DNA of 29,493 nt from Chlamydiae bacterium RIFCSPHIGHO2_12_FULL_49_11 (GTDB lineage: Bacteria > Chlamydiota > Chlamydiia > Chlamydiales > 2-12-FULL-49-11), in NCBI GenBank assembly GCA_001794905.1, contig MGLW01000038.1, positions 1 through 29,493 on the forward strand, given 5' to 3'. Of the stretch, positions 1-8,838 are shown piece after piece. Each line of letters begins with the position of its first letter. The stretch's first letter is position 1. A model generated the notes under the pieces. That model did not search any database and had not been told where the DNA came from. It saw nothing but the letters and a program-made list of their open reading frames with translations. Position numbers and translations under genes: made by a program.

Positions 1-994
1 CAAATGCAAAAAAACTGAAAAGGGCATTGACGGGACCTCGCCTCCCTTCAAAAAGACGGTCCGATACCCAGCCGGAAGCCAAACTCCCGAAAAAGCCGCC
101 TAGTTCAAAAGCAAAAAGACAAGACCCCGCAAGGATGAGAGAAAAACCTTTTTCTTCGTAGAGAAAAAGCTGTCCCCAATCGTTGATCGCGGTACGGATC
201 ACCCCCACCAAAAAGTAGGCAAAGCCGAGCACCCAAATGTACTTATTTTTGAAAACATAGTTTTTGAGCAAATCCCACTGCGACATTTTGGACGCTTCGG
301 GTTGGTCTTCAAGAGAGGCGTCGCCCGCATATTTTTCAATCCGAGGCAATCCGAGAGATTCGGGAGTATCGCGGAGCCGGTTCATGAGGAAAAAACCAAG
401 GCCGATACAAATGATCCCGGGAAAAAACATCGCCATGCGCCAGCCGTAGTATTGCGCCAGCACGGCCGAAAGGATCGGAATGAGCGCTCCGCCGACGTTG
501 TGCGACGTGCTCCAAATTCCCCACCACGTCCCCCTTTCTCCGGTGGCATACCAGTGGGTGAGGAGACGCGCGCAAGGCGGCCATCCCCAGCCTTGGAACC
601 ATCCGTTCAGCCCCCAGAATAGGGCAAATAAAACCAGGTGGGAAGAAAGACCGAACAGAATGTTGAAGACCCCTGTCAGGATCAGTCCCACTGCCATAAA
701 ATACCGAGGATTGGATCGGTCGGAAAGGATTCCGCTCAAGAATTTTGAGACACCATACATGATATATAAGATGCTGGCCAGCACCCCCAGATTTGCCTTG
801 GTATAGCCCAGATCGACGAGCATGGCAGGCATGGCAAAAGTAAAGCTTTTGCGCGATAAATAGAAGAATACGTATCCGATATACATCGAATAAAAAATCC
901 GTACACGCCAGTACTTATACTGACGCTTTACCTCATCGGCACCTTGGACGGCCTCTAATTGCGGCGGTTGAGAAAAAATTTTTAACCAATTCAT
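1..994 (-). CDS. uhpC: Sugar-phosphate/phosphate antiporter, MFS OPA family (UhpC/GlpT-like); 3' end runs off the window
   Basis: Not in the ORF track because it has no stop in the window. Manual minus-strand translation from ATG 994 gives MNWLKIFSQPPQLEAVQGADEVKRQYKYWRVRIFYSMYIGYVFFYLSRKSFTFAMP...SKFLSGILSDRSNPRYFM, typical of UhpC/GlpT. It is divergent from hisS, matching the uhpC-hisS adjacency of Chlamydia. Confidence 0.93.
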   Translation of the reverse strand, partial: MNWLKIFSQPPQLEAVQGADEVKRQYKYWRVRIFYSMYIGYVFFYLSRKSFTFAMPAMLVDLGYTKANLGVLASILYIMYGVSKFLSGILSDRSNPRYFMAVGLILTGVFNILFGLSSHLVLFALFWGLNGWFQGWGWPPCARLLTHWYATGERGTWWGIWSTSHNVGGALIPILSAVLAQYYGWRMAMFFPGIICIGLGFFLMNRLRDTPESLGLPRIEKYAGDASLEDQPEASKMSQWDLLKNYVFKNKYIWVLGFAYFLVGVIRTAINDWGQLFLYEEKGFSLILAGSCLFAFELGGFFGSLASGWVSDRLFEGRRGPVNALFSFFAF

Positions 995-1019
995 TTCTTA
1001 ATACAGCCCAAAAGAGCAG

Positions 1020-1048
1020 AGTGTAAAGGGCGGCGACTAAAATTACAA
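1020..1048 (-). promoter_or_regulatory. Putative sigma66/70 promoter of uhpC
   Basis: Minus strand TTGTAA-N17-TACACT, 25 nt upstream of the ATG. Confidence 0.55.
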
Positions 1049-1081
1049 ATACTATCTTCCCTACAAAAAATGCCGGCACAA

Positions 1082-1110
1082 TTGCAAATTATTTGTTTTG
1101 CATATAGACT
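1082..1110 (+). promoter_or_regulatory. Putative sigma66/70 promoter of hisS (leaderless configuration)
   Basis: TTGCAA(1082-1087)-N17-TAGACT(1105-1110); ATG follows after 6 nt. Confidence 0.6.
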
Positions 1111-1116
1111 GATCTC

Positions 1117-2400
1117 ATGAAATTTCAACGTGTAAAAGGCTGTTTTGACATTCTTCCCGAGGGGGAAGAAGCGTGGAAAACGTCCAAGATATGGAGAGAT
1201 GTAGAAAAAACCATCCACGATGTCTGTGCTCTCTTTGGATTTGAAGAAATCCGAACTCCGATCTTCGAATACACCGAAGTATTTACGCGCGCGATCGGAG
1301 ATGATACCGACGTCGTATCAAAAGAAATGTATACGTTCAGCGATAGAAAAGGGCGCTCTTTGACTTTGCGTCCCGAGATAACGGCCGCGACAATCCGGGC
1401 CTGGATCGAAAACGGTCTTTTTCAAACCCGTTTTCGGAAACTGTATTATATCGGCCCCTGTTTTCGGTACGACCGGTCCCAGAAGGGGCGTTACCGCCAG
1501 TTTCACCAATTCGGAGCAGAAGTCTTCCTGCCCGATGATCCGTATGTCGATGCCGAAGTAATCGATTTTCTCATCACCTTATACCGAACTATGGGACTGA
1601 AGAATACCAAGCTTATGATCAATAACTTGGGATCGAGCCGGGAAAGGGACCGGTATATCACCGACTTGAAACGCTATTTGACAAAACACATTGACGCCTT
1701 ATCTTCTGACAGTAAGGTGCGTTTTGAAAAAAATCCCCTCCGGATTCTTGATTCAAAGGAAGAATGCGATCTACAGATTGTGCATGGAGCGCCAAAATTG
1801 AAGTCGTATCTTGAGGATGCAACTTTGCAACAATTCGAGAAATTTTGCTCTCTTCTAAATTCTCTCAACATCGAATACCATGTGGACGAACTTTTGGTGC
1901 GTGGTCTTGACTACTATCAAGGCATGGTGTTCGAACTCGTAAGAAGCGGCGATACGTCAAGGCAAAACAGCCTCGGAGGAGGCGGAAGATATAACAAACT
2001 CATCTCCGCTATGGGAGGCCCCGATGAAGGGGGAATTGGTTTTGCCTTCGGCATCGAACGCCTCATCCAGTCCCTCACCGAAGAAGAAAACGTACTTATC
2101 GAAATCACCTCTCCTGATGTGTTTTTACTTCCCCTGTCCGCCGCTGCAAAAGACAACCTGTTTCTGCTCCTCTCCGAGCTCCGAAAAAAATCGGTTTCCG
2201 CCGAACTGTACTGCAAACATTTGAACTTGAAAAAAGGGTTGAAAGCAGCGGACGAATGCAATGCAAAATATGCGGTGATTATGGGTGAATCGGAAATGGC
2301 CTCCGGATCGGTCCTCTTGAAAAACCTTGCCACCCATGAGCAACGGATGTGCAATAGAAACACCGTTTTAGCCGAATTATTGAAGGAGCTACAATTGTGA
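1117..2400 (+). CDS. hisS: Histidine--tRNA ligase
   Basis: TPIFE, KEMYTF, LRPEITA, FRYDRSQKGRYRQFHQFG, LVRGLDYY, GGGRY and FAFGIER motifs. Confidence 0.98.
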   Translation: MKFQRVKGCFDILPEGEEAWKTSKIWRDVEKTIHDVCALFGFEEIRTPIFEYTEVFTRAIGDDTDVVSKEMYTFSDRKGRSLTLRPEITAATIRAWIENGLFQTRFRKLYYIGPCFRYDRSQKGRYRQFHQFGAEVFLPDDPYVDAEVIDFLITLYRTMGLKNTKLMINNLGSSRERDRYITDLKRYLTKHIDALSSDSKVRFEKNPLRILDSKEECDLQIVHGAPKLKSYLEDATLQQFEKFCSLLNSLNIEYHVDELLVRGLDYYQGMVFELVRSGDTSRQNSLGGGGRYNKLISAMGGPDEGGIGFAFGIERLIQSLTEEENVLIEITSPDVFLLPLSAAAKDNLFLLLSELRKKSVSAELYCKHLNLKKGLKAADECNAKYAVIMGESEMASGSVLLKNLATHEQRMCNRNTVLAELLKELQL

Positions 2401-4193
2401 AACCTCAAAATCCCTTTGCAACAAGTTTGCGCACCCACACCCTCGGCTCGCTGACAGAACTTGACAGCGGCACAATGGTCGAAGTATGCGGATGGGTCCA
2501 TAAACGACGCGACCATGGCGGCCTAATTTTTATCGACCTCCGCGATAAGTTCGGGATCACCCAGATCGTCTTCGATCCCGGAGTCGACGCAACTTCCCAC
2601 ACAGCAGCCGAACGCCTCCGCTCCGAATATTGCGTCCACGTAACGGGAAAAGTACGCCCGCGCGGGCCGGGCCTGGAAAATCCCAAATTAAAAACGGGAA
2701 AAATCGAAATCGAATGCCACAGCCTCACCCTCATTTCTGCGTCTGAAACACCCCCCTTCCAAATTGCCGAAGAAGAAACGGTCGGCGAAGATCTTGCTCT
2801 GACATACCGCTATCTCGATCTGAGAAAACCGAAACTGGCTCAAAAGATCGCGCTCCGTAACGCACTCGCCTGGGAAGTACGATCCTATTTCCATGCCCGC
2901 GCCTTCGAAGAAATTGAAACGCCGATATTGACAAAATCAACACCCGAAGGGTCGCGCGACTACATCGTTCCCTCACGCATCTACCCGGGCAATTTTTATG
3001 CCCTTCCCCAGTCTCCCCAACTCTATAAACAGCTTTGCATGATCGCCGGCTTTGACAGGTATTTTCAAATTGCCCGCTGCTTCCGCGATGAAGACCTCCG
3101 CGCCGACAGGCAGCCCGAATTTACCCAGATCGACGTCGAAATGAGCTTTGTTGACGAGAGTGATATCGAAGATGTCGCATGCGGACTGATGGTGCACTTA
3201 TGCAAACGGTTCTTGAATTACGACATGGATCTGCCCGCCCGGCACATGAGTTACGGCACCGCCATGGAAAAATACGGCTCGGACAGACCCGACCTGCGCT
3301 TCGACCTCTCTTTTACACGAATCGATTCCCTCGCACGCCGCACCGAATTTGCCCCATTTCAAAAAGGGGTCGTCAAGTGTTTTGTCGTGCCCGCTCATGT
3401 AGAATTCAGCCGCAGTGAAATCGACGGATGCGCCGATTTTGTCCGCGTCTTCGGCCTCGAAGGAGTCGCATGGACACGGGTGACAACCGAGGGGCTCACG
3501 GGGGGAATTGCGAAATTTTTCCCACCCGAAATGCATGCCGAACTCATCGAAACGGTAAATGCAAAAGCCGGTGATGTCATCCTCTACGGTGCCGGAAAAG
3601 AACAGGTCGTCAATCAGTCCTTGGACCATCTCCGCCGTCACATCGGCGCCGCCAAAAAGTTGTACTCCGAAAACGACCTTGCCTTTGTGTGGATTACCGG
3701 ATTCCCCCTTTTGGAACTCGATCCTGAAACGGGAGGATTTGCGAGTGTCCACCATCCGTTCACCTCCCCTCTATATGAAGACCTGGAACTTTTAGAGATC
3801 GACCCCTTGAAAGTGCGCGCCCGCGCTTACGATCTTGTCCTCAACGGAATTGAGCTCGGCGGCGGCTCGATCCGGATTCACGACAACGCCATGCAACAAA
3901 AAATCTTTAATCTGCTCGGCCTGACACCCGAAATAGCGGCCCGTAAATTCGGCTTCTTCCTCCGAGCCCTCAAATACGGAACCCCTATCCACGGCGGATT
4001 TGCCTTTGGCCTTGACCGGATCGCGATGCTCCTTACCAAAAGCGCTTCGATCCGCGAAGTCATTCCTTTCCCCAAAACGGCCAAAGCCGCCGATCTCATG
4101 CTTGACGCCCCTTCCCACGTTGATGAAAAGCAGTTGAAGGAACTGTCTCTGCGACTAGAAAAAGGTTTGCATAATTTCGGGAATGTAGGATAA
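2397..4193 (+). CDS. aspS: Aspartate--tRNA(Asp/Asn) ligase
   Basis: RRDHGGLIFIDLRD, ALPQSPQLYKQ, CFRDEDLRADRQPEFTQID, HHPFT, GGGSIRIH, HGGFAFGLDR; GTG start overlaps the hisS stop (GTGA). Confidence 0.98.
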   Translation: MKPQNPFATSLRTHTLGSLTELDSGTMVEVCGWVHKRRDHGGLIFIDLRDKFGITQIVFDPGVDATSHTAAERLRSEYCVHVTGKVRPRGPGLENPKLKTGKIEIECHSLTLISASETPPFQIAEEETVGEDLALTYRYLDLRKPKLAQKIALRNALAWEVRSYFHARAFEEIETPILTKSTPEGSRDYIVPSRIYPGNFYALPQSPQLYKQLCMIAGFDRYFQIARCFRDEDLRADRQPEFTQIDVEMSFVDESDIEDVACGLMVHLCKRFLNYDMDLPARHMSYGTAMEKYGSDRPDLRFDLSFTRIDSLARRTEFAPFQKGVVKCFVVPAHVEFSRSEIDGCADFVRVFGLEGVAWTRVTTEGLTGGIAKFFPPEMHAELIETVNAKAGDVILYGAGKEQVVNQSLDHLRRHIGAAKKLYSENDLAFVWITGFPLLELDPETGGFASVHHPFTSPLYEDLELLEIDPLKVRARAYDLVLNGIELGGGSIRIHDNAMQQKIFNLLGLTPEIAARKFGFFLRALKYGTPIHGGFAFGLDRIAMLLTKSASIREVIPFPKTAKAADLMLDAPSHVDEKQLKELSLRLEKGLHNFGNVG

Positions 4194-4220
4194 TTTGTGC
4201 AATACAAGGAGTTTTCCAAA

Positions 4221-4964
4221 ATGAAACAATGGTTGCAAAGTCTAGTACTCTTTATTTTACCTGTGAGCCTTATTTTTGCTGAAGAAGAGGCCAAAGTTGA
4301 AAAAGAGGAAACTTACGATATTCAAACGATCTCCCGATCTTTTGGACACATGGTTGCCGGCAATATCCGAAATATGAGCTCTGATTTTGACCTCCATGCG
4401 GTTGCAGGCGGCATTCAAGACTATCTAAAAGGAACGCCCGCACCTCTCGATGAGGGAAAATGCGTACAGCAGATTTCTAAAATCCAGGAACAAAGTTTCA
4501 AAAAACAGGCCGATGCCAACTTGGCTGCTGCCGAAACGTTCCTCACTGAAAACCGGAAAAAACCGAATATGGTCATCCTCGAAGAGGGCAAGTTGCAATA
4601 CTCCGTCCTCCAAACGGGCAAGGGCGCCGAAGTGGTCGAGCACTCCAAGCCGGTCATCCGGTATAAAGGAACTTTTTTGGACGGTAAAGTATTCGGACAG
4701 TCCGAAGAAGAACCGATCGAACTCGATTCAACCGTTCCCGGCTTCTCAAAGGGCCTTATCGGCATGAAAGAAGGTGAAAAAAGACAACTTTTCATCCACC
4801 CCGAACTTGCCTTTGGCAGCTCCGGTTTCTTGCCGCCGAACAGCCTTGTTTCTTTCGAGATTGAAGTAGTCAAAGCAGACTCTCCGAAGGAAGAACCGAA
4901 AGACGAGCCGGCAGACGACGAAGCTGCAGAAGAAGCTCCTTCCGAAACCAACAGTGCAAAATAA
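4221..4964 (+). CDS. mip: Mip-like FKBP-type peptidyl-prolyl cis-trans isomerase with signal peptide
   Basis: AAGGAG RBS before ATG 4221; N-terminal signal peptide, FKBP_N helical part, FKBP_C motifs (YKGTFLDGKVF, GMKEGEKRQLFIHPELAFG, PPNSLVSFEIEV); follows aspS as in Chlamydia. Confidence 0.93.
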   Translation: MKQWLQSLVLFILPVSLIFAEEEAKVEKEETYDIQTISRSFGHMVAGNIRNMSSDFDLHAVAGGIQDYLKGTPAPLDEGKCVQQISKIQEQSFKKQADANLAAAETFLTENRKKPNMVILEEGKLQYSVLQTGKGAEVVEHSKPVIRYKGTFLDGKVFGQSEEEPIELDSTVPGFSKGLIGMKEGEKRQLFIHPELAFGSSGFLPPNSLVSFEIEVVKADSPKEEPKDEPADDEAAEEAPSETNSAK

Positions 4965-5415
4965 ATCATTCACCATTGTGCTGTTCGAGCCCCGTATTCC
5001 ACAAAATACGGGGAATATCATTCGGACAGCCAATGCTACTCGTTCCAACATTATCCTCGTCAAGCCCCTCGGATTCAGCTTAGCAAGCCGGCATCTCAAG
5101 CGGGCCGGACTAGACTATTTTGAGGGGGTTACCGTTCAACTCGTCGACAGCCTGGAAGAGGTTATCAAAGAAAATGATTCGTTTTTTTGTTTTTCGACCC
5201 TCGGAAAAAGAAAATACACCGACTTTTCCTATCCGGTCGGAGCTACCCTTATCTTCGGGGCAGAAACACACGGACTCCCCGATTGGATTCACGAGCGCCA
5301 CAGCGATCGCATCGGACTAATACCTATGAGCAATACTGCACGTTCTCTGAATTTATCAACCAGTGTAGGCATCGTGGTATATGAAGCACTGCGGCAAACT
5401 CAAATATTGCTTTGA
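4954..5415 (+). CDS. trmL: tRNA (cytidine(34)-2'-O)-methyltransferase, SPOUT family
   Basis: EPRIPQNTGNIIR, LKRAGLDY, FGAETHGLP, IPM...RSLNLS motifs. Confidence 0.95.
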   Translation: MQNKSFTIVLFEPRIPQNTGNIIRTANATRSNIILVKPLGFSLASRHLKRAGLDYFEGVTVQLVDSLEEVIKENDSFFCFSTLGKRKYTDFSYPVGATLIFGAETHGLPDWIHERHSDRIGLIPMSNTARSLNLSTSVGIVVYEALRQTQILL

Positions 5416-5717
5416 ATCATTTCCACGATCGAATCTTTGTCGCGCAGGCCGACAAATTCATCGACTTTTTTGCCGTTTTTGAAAAAAAGGACGGTCGGAA
5501 TGGAGAGCACTTCGAAAGTGCGTGCCAAATCCGCTTCCTGACCCACATCGACTTTATAGATATCGACCCGCGAAGAAAACTCGTCGCTGATCTCTTCCAA
5601 AATGGGTGAAAGTTGACGGCATGGACCACACCAATCGGCAAAAAAATCCACAATGACAATTTTTTCTCGTGAATCAATCACTTTTTTTTGAAACTCTGAC
5701 TGTGTTAGTTTATGCAT
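5400..5717 (-). CDS. trxA: Thioredoxin
   Basis: VDFFADWCGPCR active site, SIPT cis-Pro motif, 105 aa, GAGGTG RBS. Confidence 0.97.
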   Translation of the reverse strand: MHKLTQSEFQKKVIDSREKIVIVDFFADWCGPCRQLSPILEEISDEFSSRVDIYKVDVGQEADLARTFEVLSIPTVLFFKNGKKVDEFVGLRDKDSIVEMIQSNI

Positions 5718-5750
5718 GGTGTCACCTCTCTACGAGAATATCGGAATTTC

Positions 5751-7115
5751 CTATTTTCGGCAATGGTGCTTTGCGTGCAATGCCTCAAGAGCAGCTTGAA
5801 GTTCGTGATTGATCCGCTCTCTAGCCTCTTTTGCCGACCCTGCCTCTTGTACGATCAGACGCGCATCGATCGGAGGCCCGAACGCGACATGAAGATGCTT
5901 GAACGGCTTGAAAAAGGCGCGTCCCCGCGGCCATGCTTCATGAGTGCCTTTGACTAGGACCGGTACGATGAGGCACGGCACTTTCGTGGCAATTACCGCA
6001 ACCCCTCTTTTGAGTGGAGCAATCCGGTCCTCGGTATTGCGCGTCCCTTCCGGAAAAATCATTACCTGCTCTCCCGCTGCCAGAGATCGGATCACATTTT
6101 TGATCGAGGTCGTGTCTTGCACATTGCCGCTGATAGGGATGCAATTTAACCTGCGAATGCATGCACCGAAAAGAGGGACGCGAAACAAGTAGTCGATCGC
6201 CAAAAAATTCACTTCTTGCGGGCACGAGACGCCGACCGTCGGCGGATCTAGAAAAGAGAGATGGTTGGGAGCGATGATGGCCGCTTTTCCTTGCGGGTAA
6301 TTTTCCTGCCCTGAAACGGTAAGGCGGAAAAAACATTTGAAAAAGAGACGGGAAAAGGAAAAACAGATGCGATAAAAAAGTGTTCCGTGGCTATGCCCTT
6401 CCCCGAGAAGTTTGAGCCAAAAAGGGCGCACTACGGTTCTTTTTTGGGCACGGCGCACATAAAACGTCATCTCGCGAATCACCTGTTTGATATTGAAGCC
6501 GGTTGAATCGATTTCAAACGCGTCGAGAGGTTTTTTCAGAGGGGCGATTTTCCGGCTGATATCACGCTCATCACGCCGGAGCACATCCTTCAGCACCTCG
6601 GAGAACTCATATTTCACATCGGGATGGAGAATTTTCAGTTCGGCAAAACGTCTCTCTGCACGCACGCGCGGATCGGCAATGAGATAAAATTTCACGGTCG
6701 CATTCGGAAACACATTGGTACCGATGTCTCTTCCTTCCACCACGACATCATAACCCAAGGCGACCTCGTGCTGGAGCCGGTTCACTCGCTCACGCACCTG
6801 TGGGAAGACGGCAATTTCAGAAGCCAGGTGGCCGATCCCTTCCTGCTGCAAGAGCTCTTTGGCAACTTCTTCTCCGTCAAGCATCCAGAGCAGGCGACTT
6901 CCCACAAGAGAAAACCCGAGTTGCATTTTCTCAAGACATTCCACAATCGAATCCCGATCGACCGTTTCGGTGACGGCATTCATTTGTCGGTAACGGGTTG
7001 CAACGATCCGGTATAACATGCCCGAATTGAGATGGACCATTTTCAATTTCGCCGCAAGCATTCTTGCAACGGTAGATTTGCCCGAACCTGACGGGCCGTC
7101 AATGGTAATTATCAT
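5751..7115 (-). CDS. cmk: Fused cytidylate kinase / 1-acyl-sn-glycerol-3-phosphate acyltransferase (Cmk-PlsC)
   Basis: N-terminal half has ITIDGPSGSGKST, VEGRDIGT and RDERD (Cmk). C-terminal half has NHLSFLD (HX4D) and IFPEGTR (PlsC). Single 454-aa ORF. Confidence 0.93.
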   Translation of the reverse strand: MIITIDGPSGSGKSTVARMLAAKLKMVHLNSGMLYRIVATRYRQMNAVTETVDRDSIVECLEKMQLGFSLVGSRLLWMLDGEEVAKELLQQEGIGHLASEIAVFPQVRERVNRLQHEVALGYDVVVEGRDIGTNVFPNATVKFYLIADPRVRAERRFAELKILHPDVKYEFSEVLKDVLRRDERDISRKIAPLKKPLDAFEIDSTGFNIKQVIREMTFYVRRAQKRTVVRPFWLKLLGEGHSHGTLFYRICFSFSRLFFKCFFRLTVSGQENYPQGKAAIIAPNHLSFLDPPTVGVSCPQEVNFLAIDYLFRVPLFGACIRRLNCIPISGNVQDTTSIKNVIRSLAAGEQVMIFPEGTRNTEDRIAPLKRGVAVIATKVPCLIVPVLVKGTHEAWPRGRAFFKPFKHLHVAFGPPIDARLIVQEAGSAKEARERINHELQAALEALHAKHHCRK

Positions 7116-7978
7116 GTCGTCTTTAAAAACAAATATACAATCGGACTTGTAAACAGCAAAGAATCAACAAGGTCAAGTACTCCGCCGATCGCGGGAATCT
7201 TCCCGCTGTCTTTCACATTCGCATCCCGCTTTAATAGCGATTCGGAAAGATCGCCGAGCTGTCCAAAAATCCCGATGAGCACACCCAGGATGAGCGATTG
7301 TGGCAAGGTCATTTCAAAATAACGTGCACTCACATTCAGTCCTATCAAGTAAAACACAAAACTGATCACAACGGCGCCGGCAAATCCCCCGAAAAAACCG
7401 AGTACCGTCTTGTTGGGACTGATTTCCTCGGCCAATTTACGCGCTCCCCACAATTTTCCCGTAAAATATCCGCCGATATCGGTAAACTTCGTCACGGCAA
7501 GCAAATAAGCGGCCCATAATCTGCCGTCGATGAGGGTTGTCGAAGTCGTCTCCGGATACAATATACGCAGAATCAGACTCATCGGAATCACGACGTAGAA
7601 AGCACCGAAAAAGGAAGTGGCGAGCTTGAATATCGCATTATTCGTGCGCGTGAAATGGAAAAGAAATACGGCAAAGAAAAAGACGGCAATCACAAAGTGC
7701 ATCAAAACGGAATAGTTGATAGACAGAGTCACAAAGTAAATCGAAGCAATATAACATACGCTGAGAGTAATGATGAGCATGATGGGAATATCAAGGTTTT
7801 TTGCTTTTACCATATTGCTATATTCCCAAAGTCCGAGGCTTACCAGCGTTGCAATCAATATGGAAATGGCGATCCGCATCCCCGTTACTTGGGAAAAGTA
7901 AACGGTAAGAACGAGCATTGCAACGATCACCGTACTGAAAAAAAGCCGCTTTTTTAAATCGCTAAAATTTCCGTTCAT
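7112..7978 (-). CDS. cdsA: Phosphatidate cytidylyltransferase
   Basis: Polytopic membrane protein with ISPNKT and GDLSESLLKRDANVKDSG..IP..GGVLD..DSL motifs; its stop overlaps the cmk start (ATGA). Confidence 0.96.
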   Translation of the reverse strand: MNGNFSDLKKRLFFSTVIVAMLVLTVYFSQVTGMRIAISILIATLVSLGLWEYSNMVKAKNLDIPIMLIITLSVCYIASIYFVTLSINYSVLMHFVIAVFFFAVFLFHFTRTNNAIFKLATSFFGAFYVVIPMSLILRILYPETTSTTLIDGRLWAAYLLAVTKFTDIGGYFTGKLWGARKLAEEISPNKTVLGFFGGFAGAVVISFVFYLIGLNVSARYFEMTLPQSLILGVLIGIFGQLGDLSESLLKRDANVKDSGKIPAIGGVLDLVDSLLFTSPIVYLFLKTT

Positions 7979-7996
7979 CCGTTTTAGTGCCTATTC

Positions 7997-8728
7997 CTAG
8001 CCTCCGCTACGCCGGTTTCTTTTTTGAAAATCGAGAAGAATTTCGTCAAACACTTCAGTGGAAAAATCGGGCCATAAACGGTCGCAAAAAGCAATTTCCG
8101 AATACGAAATTTGCCAGAGCAAAAAGTTGCTGATCCGTTTCTCCCCGCTTGTGCGAATAAGAAGGTCGGGATCGGGCCACCGGGCTGTGTCCAAATGTTT
8201 TTTAAACGCGTCTTCGGTAAAATCGACCTTTCCGCCGTGCTCGAGAAATGCTTTTTGCATCGCACGGATCATCTCGTCACGCCCACCGTAATTCAGGGCA
8301 ACGACAAGGTCCAGTTTATTATTGTGGCAGGTCGCCTCTTCGCATACATCGATCGCTCTCTGCAGCCCCCGGTTCAGTTTCGATTTATCTCCGATCACCA
8401 TCAGTCTGACCCCGTTTTGGACAAGTTCCTGTTTCATATCATAAAGGAAAAACTCGATCAGCACCATCAAACTTTCCACCTCAGCCGCACACCGTTTCCA
8501 GTTTTCGGTAGAAAAGGCAAAAACGGTCAGCACCTCCAGTTTCCAGTCGAGGGCGCGGGATACGATTTTACGCAGCACCTCTGCCCCTTTTTCGTGTCCG
8601 CAATATAGGGGCAAATCGTTTCTGCGAGCCCACCTGCGGTTGCCGTCCATAATGATGGCCACGTGGCGGAGCGTCACTTTCCTGTCTTCTGCGGTTCTTT
8701 CTCGATCGCTTTCAATACAAAATGTCAT
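7997..8728 (-). CDS. uppS: Undecaprenyl/polyprenyl diphosphate synthase
   Basis: HVAIIMDGNRRWA, AFSTENWKR, NYGGRDE, DLLIRTSGEKRISNFLLWQ. Start placed at 8728 because the upstream ATG (8782) falls within the promoter region. Confidence 0.95.
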   Translation of the reverse strand: MTFCIESDRERTAEDRKVTLRHVAIIMDGNRRWARRNDLPLYCGHEKGAEVLRKIVSRALDWKLEVLTVFAFSTENWKRCAAEVESLMVLIEFFLYDMKQELVQNGVRLMVIGDKSKLNRGLQRAIDVCEEATCHNNKLDLVVALNYGGRDEMIRAMQKAFLEHGGKVDFTEDAFKKHLDTARWPDPDLLIRTSGEKRISNFLLWQISYSEIAFCDRLWPDFSTEVFDEILLDFQKRNRRSGG

Positions 8729-8738
8729 AAGTGTATCC

Positions 8739-8767
8739 AAGATAAATAATGGTGGCAAAAAACGCAA
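8739..8767 (-). promoter_or_regulatory. Putative promoter of uppS-cdsA-cmk/plsC
   Basis: Minus strand TTGCGT-N17-TATCTT, 10 nt before ATG 8728. Confidence 0.5.
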
Positions 8768-8775
8768 AGCAAAAT

Positions 8776-8804
8776 TTGACATAAACCCTGGCGGTCAGTA
8801 TGCT
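8776..8804 (+). promoter_or_regulatory. Putative sigma66/70 promoter of secDF
   Basis: TTGACA(8776-8781)-N17-TATGCT(8799-8804), followed by GGAGG RBS at 8824-8828. Confidence 0.72.
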
Positions 8805-8838
8805 AGTACGGATTAGTCCTCGAGGAGGTTTTTTTCTC

